From positions 256,001-320,000 of the forward strand of contig OZ219752.1 in the NCBI GenBank assembly GCA_964291315.2: a stretch of DNA of 64,000 nt. The letters run 5' to 3'. Positions 61,684-64,000 of the stretch are shown here, piece after piece. Position 1 is the stretch's first letter. The number at the start of each line of letters is the position of its first letter. The DNA comes from Candidatus Poribacteria bacterium (GTDB lineage Bacteria; Poribacteria; WGA-4E; WGA-3G). Under the pieces are notes generated by a model, which was not told the origin of the DNA, made no database searches, and saw nothing but the letters and a program-made list of their open reading frames with translations. The position numbers and the translations under genes are program-made.

Positions 61684-63093
61684 CTATTCCAATAAGTAGA
61701 TATGAATGGTTCTGTCTTTTGCCCGTGAGAATGCTGGCAATGTTTCTACAAGATGTCCACGTTTGCGGATCCAACTGCGAGCTGCCACATCTGCGTCAAA
61801 GACGTTAAAACTCGCCACGTCCACAATGAACCACAGTCGATCTCTTCCAGAAGTTTCCCATTGTTTCTCGAATTTTTCTGCATCGTCTAACAGCCCGCCA
61901 ATGTAGACTGCGGTCAATTCTGGCAGATAATATCTTCCCATTTCAGGTTCCGAAAGGACCACTTTATCGGTTGGTTTCTTCTCGGCTTGAATTGCTTCAA
62001 ACGCCTCGCGCCATCTCGGTCGCCCACCGTTTTCAATCTGAAAGTAGAGATAGGTCTGTGAGAGTAAGGTTGCTATTAGAATATACGATAATACGTTTGC
62101 TTTTTTCTCTTCTGATTGATGTGTCGTTGCCTTCCAAACAAATTTTTCACACCCAACGCCAGCGAGAATAAAATAAGCGGGAATAGTCCAGAATAAGTAA
62201 TAGCCAGCGACGTTTTGAAACTTCGATGCCACAAGAAAGAGTAGAAGCGGGATACCCGCGTAACAGAATAAAAAACGGGTCTGTTTGTTAGACAAGGTGG
62301 CGATGAAACCGACGAGGGCAGCCGCTGCTACTGGGACGCTTACTCCGTGTACAAGCGTTAGCACGATATACAATGGGCTCCGTTGCCATTCGTTGCGCCC
62401 CCACCCGGAAAAGAGGTAACTCCGAATTTGCGGAAGGATTAGTGCTAACACCGGTATTGCGAACGGAACGAAGAAGAGAAGCAAATTTAGCCACCGTTTT
62501 TTGTTGGGGTTCTCTAATAGACAGATGGCCGCATAGACGGCTAATGCTGGTACGATCACAACGGAGAGGGTGTGTGAGAGAATTAGGCAGGAACAAGAGA
62601 GGAGCGCGCCTATGGTCAGAAGCGTCGAATTGCGTTCCAGAGACAGATAGAAGAGCCACGCTGTCAATACTGCAAAAAGAAGCGTGAACACCGGATAACG
62701 GGCATTCTGTGTCCAAAATAGATGCCAGCTTGAACATGCCATAAAGGTGCTACTAAGAAGTCCAATTCGCCAATTGAATAGCGTTCGTCCTAAGCCAAAA
62801 ACTGCGGGAATCGAAACAACCCCGGCTATACATGGAATGAGACGACTGCTCCATTCGTTGTCGCTTGAAAGTGTGATGGATAATTTCACTGCAAGATACG
62901 GAATAGGATTTGGCACATTCTGCCAATTCTTCAGTGAAAGTTTATGGGCATCTCTAAGGGTAAAGACCTCATCGATCCAGAAGCTCCACTCGCCCAAATG
63001 CCAGAATCGGAGGAGTCCTCCGATCATCACAACAGCGCTCAAAAGCACAAAATGCTTTTTTTTTGGGCAATCTTTTGTTGAAAATTTCAGCAT
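61684..63093 (-). CDS. GT39/PMT-like membrane glycosyltransferase
   Basis: SFWIDE, ARY motif, multiple TM helices. Confidence 0.88.
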   Translation of the reverse strand: MLKFSTKDCPKKKHFVLLSAVVMIGGLLRFWHLGEWSFWIDEVFTLRDAHKLSLKNWQNVPNPIPYLAVKLSITLSSDNEWSSRLIPCIAGVVSIPAVFGLGRTLFNWRIGLLSSTFMACSSWHLFWTQNARYPVFTLLFAVLTAWLFYLSLERNSTLLTIGALLSCSCLILSHTLSVVIVPALAVYAAICLLENPNKKRWLNLLLFFVPFAIPVLALILPQIRSYLFSGWGRNEWQRSPLYIVLTLVHGVSVPVAAAALVGFIATLSNKQTRFLFCYAGIPLLLFLVASKFQNVAGYYLFWTIPAYFILAGVGCEKFVWKATTHQSEEKKANVLSYILIATLLSQTYLYFQIENGGRPRWREAFEAIQAEKKPTDKVVLSEPEMGRYYLPELTAVYIGGLLDDAEKFEKQWETSGRDRLWFIVDVASFNVFDADVAARSWIRKRGHLVETLPAFSRAKDRTIHIYLLE

Positions 63094-63280
63094 TTTTGTT
63101 AGAAGTCTGTTTCCTCGCTTTACGGTTAACGATTAAGGGTTGTCTATAGAGGGTTTGCGTTTATTGCAGTCATAGACTCAACAGCTGCTACTTGTGCACT
63201 ACTTGCAGCTGACGTTTGCCAGCTCATAAGCCGATAACTGAAAAGTAGATTAATAAATGCCGTGCCTGCCGGTTGCAGAT

Positions 63281-63296
63281 TGGCACGCGTTTTGCT
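63281..63296 (+). promoter_or_regulatory. sigma54 promoter
   Basis: TGGCACGCGTTTTGCT consensus -24/-12. Confidence 0.7.
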
Positions 63297-63495
63297 TTAA
63301 ACACGAAAATAGGTGCACAGTAAGTGTCAATAAAAGTTTGCGGTTGGCAGGCGCGTGAGTATATCACAAAATTATGCCGAAGTCAACTGATACCGCACTC
63401 AGTAAAACCTGAAAAGGCCCTGTAGCACTATGATTGTCCATTAATTAAATCACATAACATTTCGGGCGTGTATTGATGCCACAAAGGAGATTTTG

Positions 63496-64000
63496 ATGAA
63501 AACGTATGCATTTTGGTTCGTTCAATTGTTAGCAGTTGTCTGTATTTTCGCAGTCGGTACGACCCCTCTGCTCTATGCAGACGCACATGAAGCAGATGAA
63601 GAGACTGAAGAAGAGTCGTCAGGTGCTTCCGGTTGGTTCCGTACCGACACGGACGGTTTAGGAACCCAGATTTGGTTCGGGGCAAGCCATTCCCCAAGTT
63701 TTCTGGGTAGTCTTTCGCTGGATACCGATATCTACGTCGTTGATACGTTTGGTGAATTAGACATCGGAATCGGTGTGCCTGTTGCTGATAGCGACTCGCT
63801 GTCACTCAGCTTTCTGCCTATGGTCGGTATTGGATTTGACTATGCTGCCCCGAATGGTCCTTCTTCCTTAATTGCCCCGCAGCTATTTACGTATCTCACT
63901 GCTGGTTCTATCTATTTTGAGTCGTGGATACAAGGCTTCTTCAATACTATGTTTGACGAAGAAGCGGGGGATTCCCTCTACACGCGTGACTTTATTCTGT
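63496..64000 (+). CDS. paralog of 60849..61589 beta-barrel protein (runs off window)
   Basis: AAGGAG RBS; own translation MKTYAFW...SGWFRTDTDGLGTQIWFGASH...FGELDIG...LPMVGIGFDY aligns with the paralog. Confidence 0.88.
   Translation, partial: MKTYAFWFVQLLAVVCIFAVGTTPLLYADAHEADEETEEESSGASGWFRTDTDGLGTQIWFGASHSPSFLGSLSLDTDIYVVDTFGELDIGIGVPVADSDSLSLSFLPMVGIGFDYAAPNGPSSLIAPQLFTYLTAGSIYFESWIQGFFNTMFDEEAGDSLYTRDFIL

Overview
Bacterial chromosomal window, probably Candidatus Poribacteria. This is inferred from a C-terminal AVE..KLTTRWGELK tail, GHYHSDGTYH motifs and many HEAT/Kelch proteins. Most of it is housekeeping or metabolic: GH32, yjbQ, tsaE, tsaB, tenA, a PhoR-like kinase, aroA, leuS, rnj, leuCD, trpF and tRNA-Ala(GGC). 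The main accessory locus is a ~10 kb island (45.6-55.65 kb). It holds seven mosaic 234-aa membrane-anchored paralogs on a ~805 bp period around one 1292-aa secreted protein with 13 Cys4/His4 repeats. Five spacers carry a 15-codon stub lying in exact register with the start of that large gene. A second locus encodes a DarT ADP-ribosyltransferase fused in frame to a NADAR domain, followed by a second stand-alone NADAR. Other items are a Type IIG/ISP-like restriction-modification gene with a likely leaderless promoter, a HEAT-repeat/DNA methyltransferase fusion, a TnpB remnant retaining its right end, a Cys-rich peptide precursor and an SSAP-like gene behind duplicated promoters. All family calls are by eye from motifs; no searches were run.
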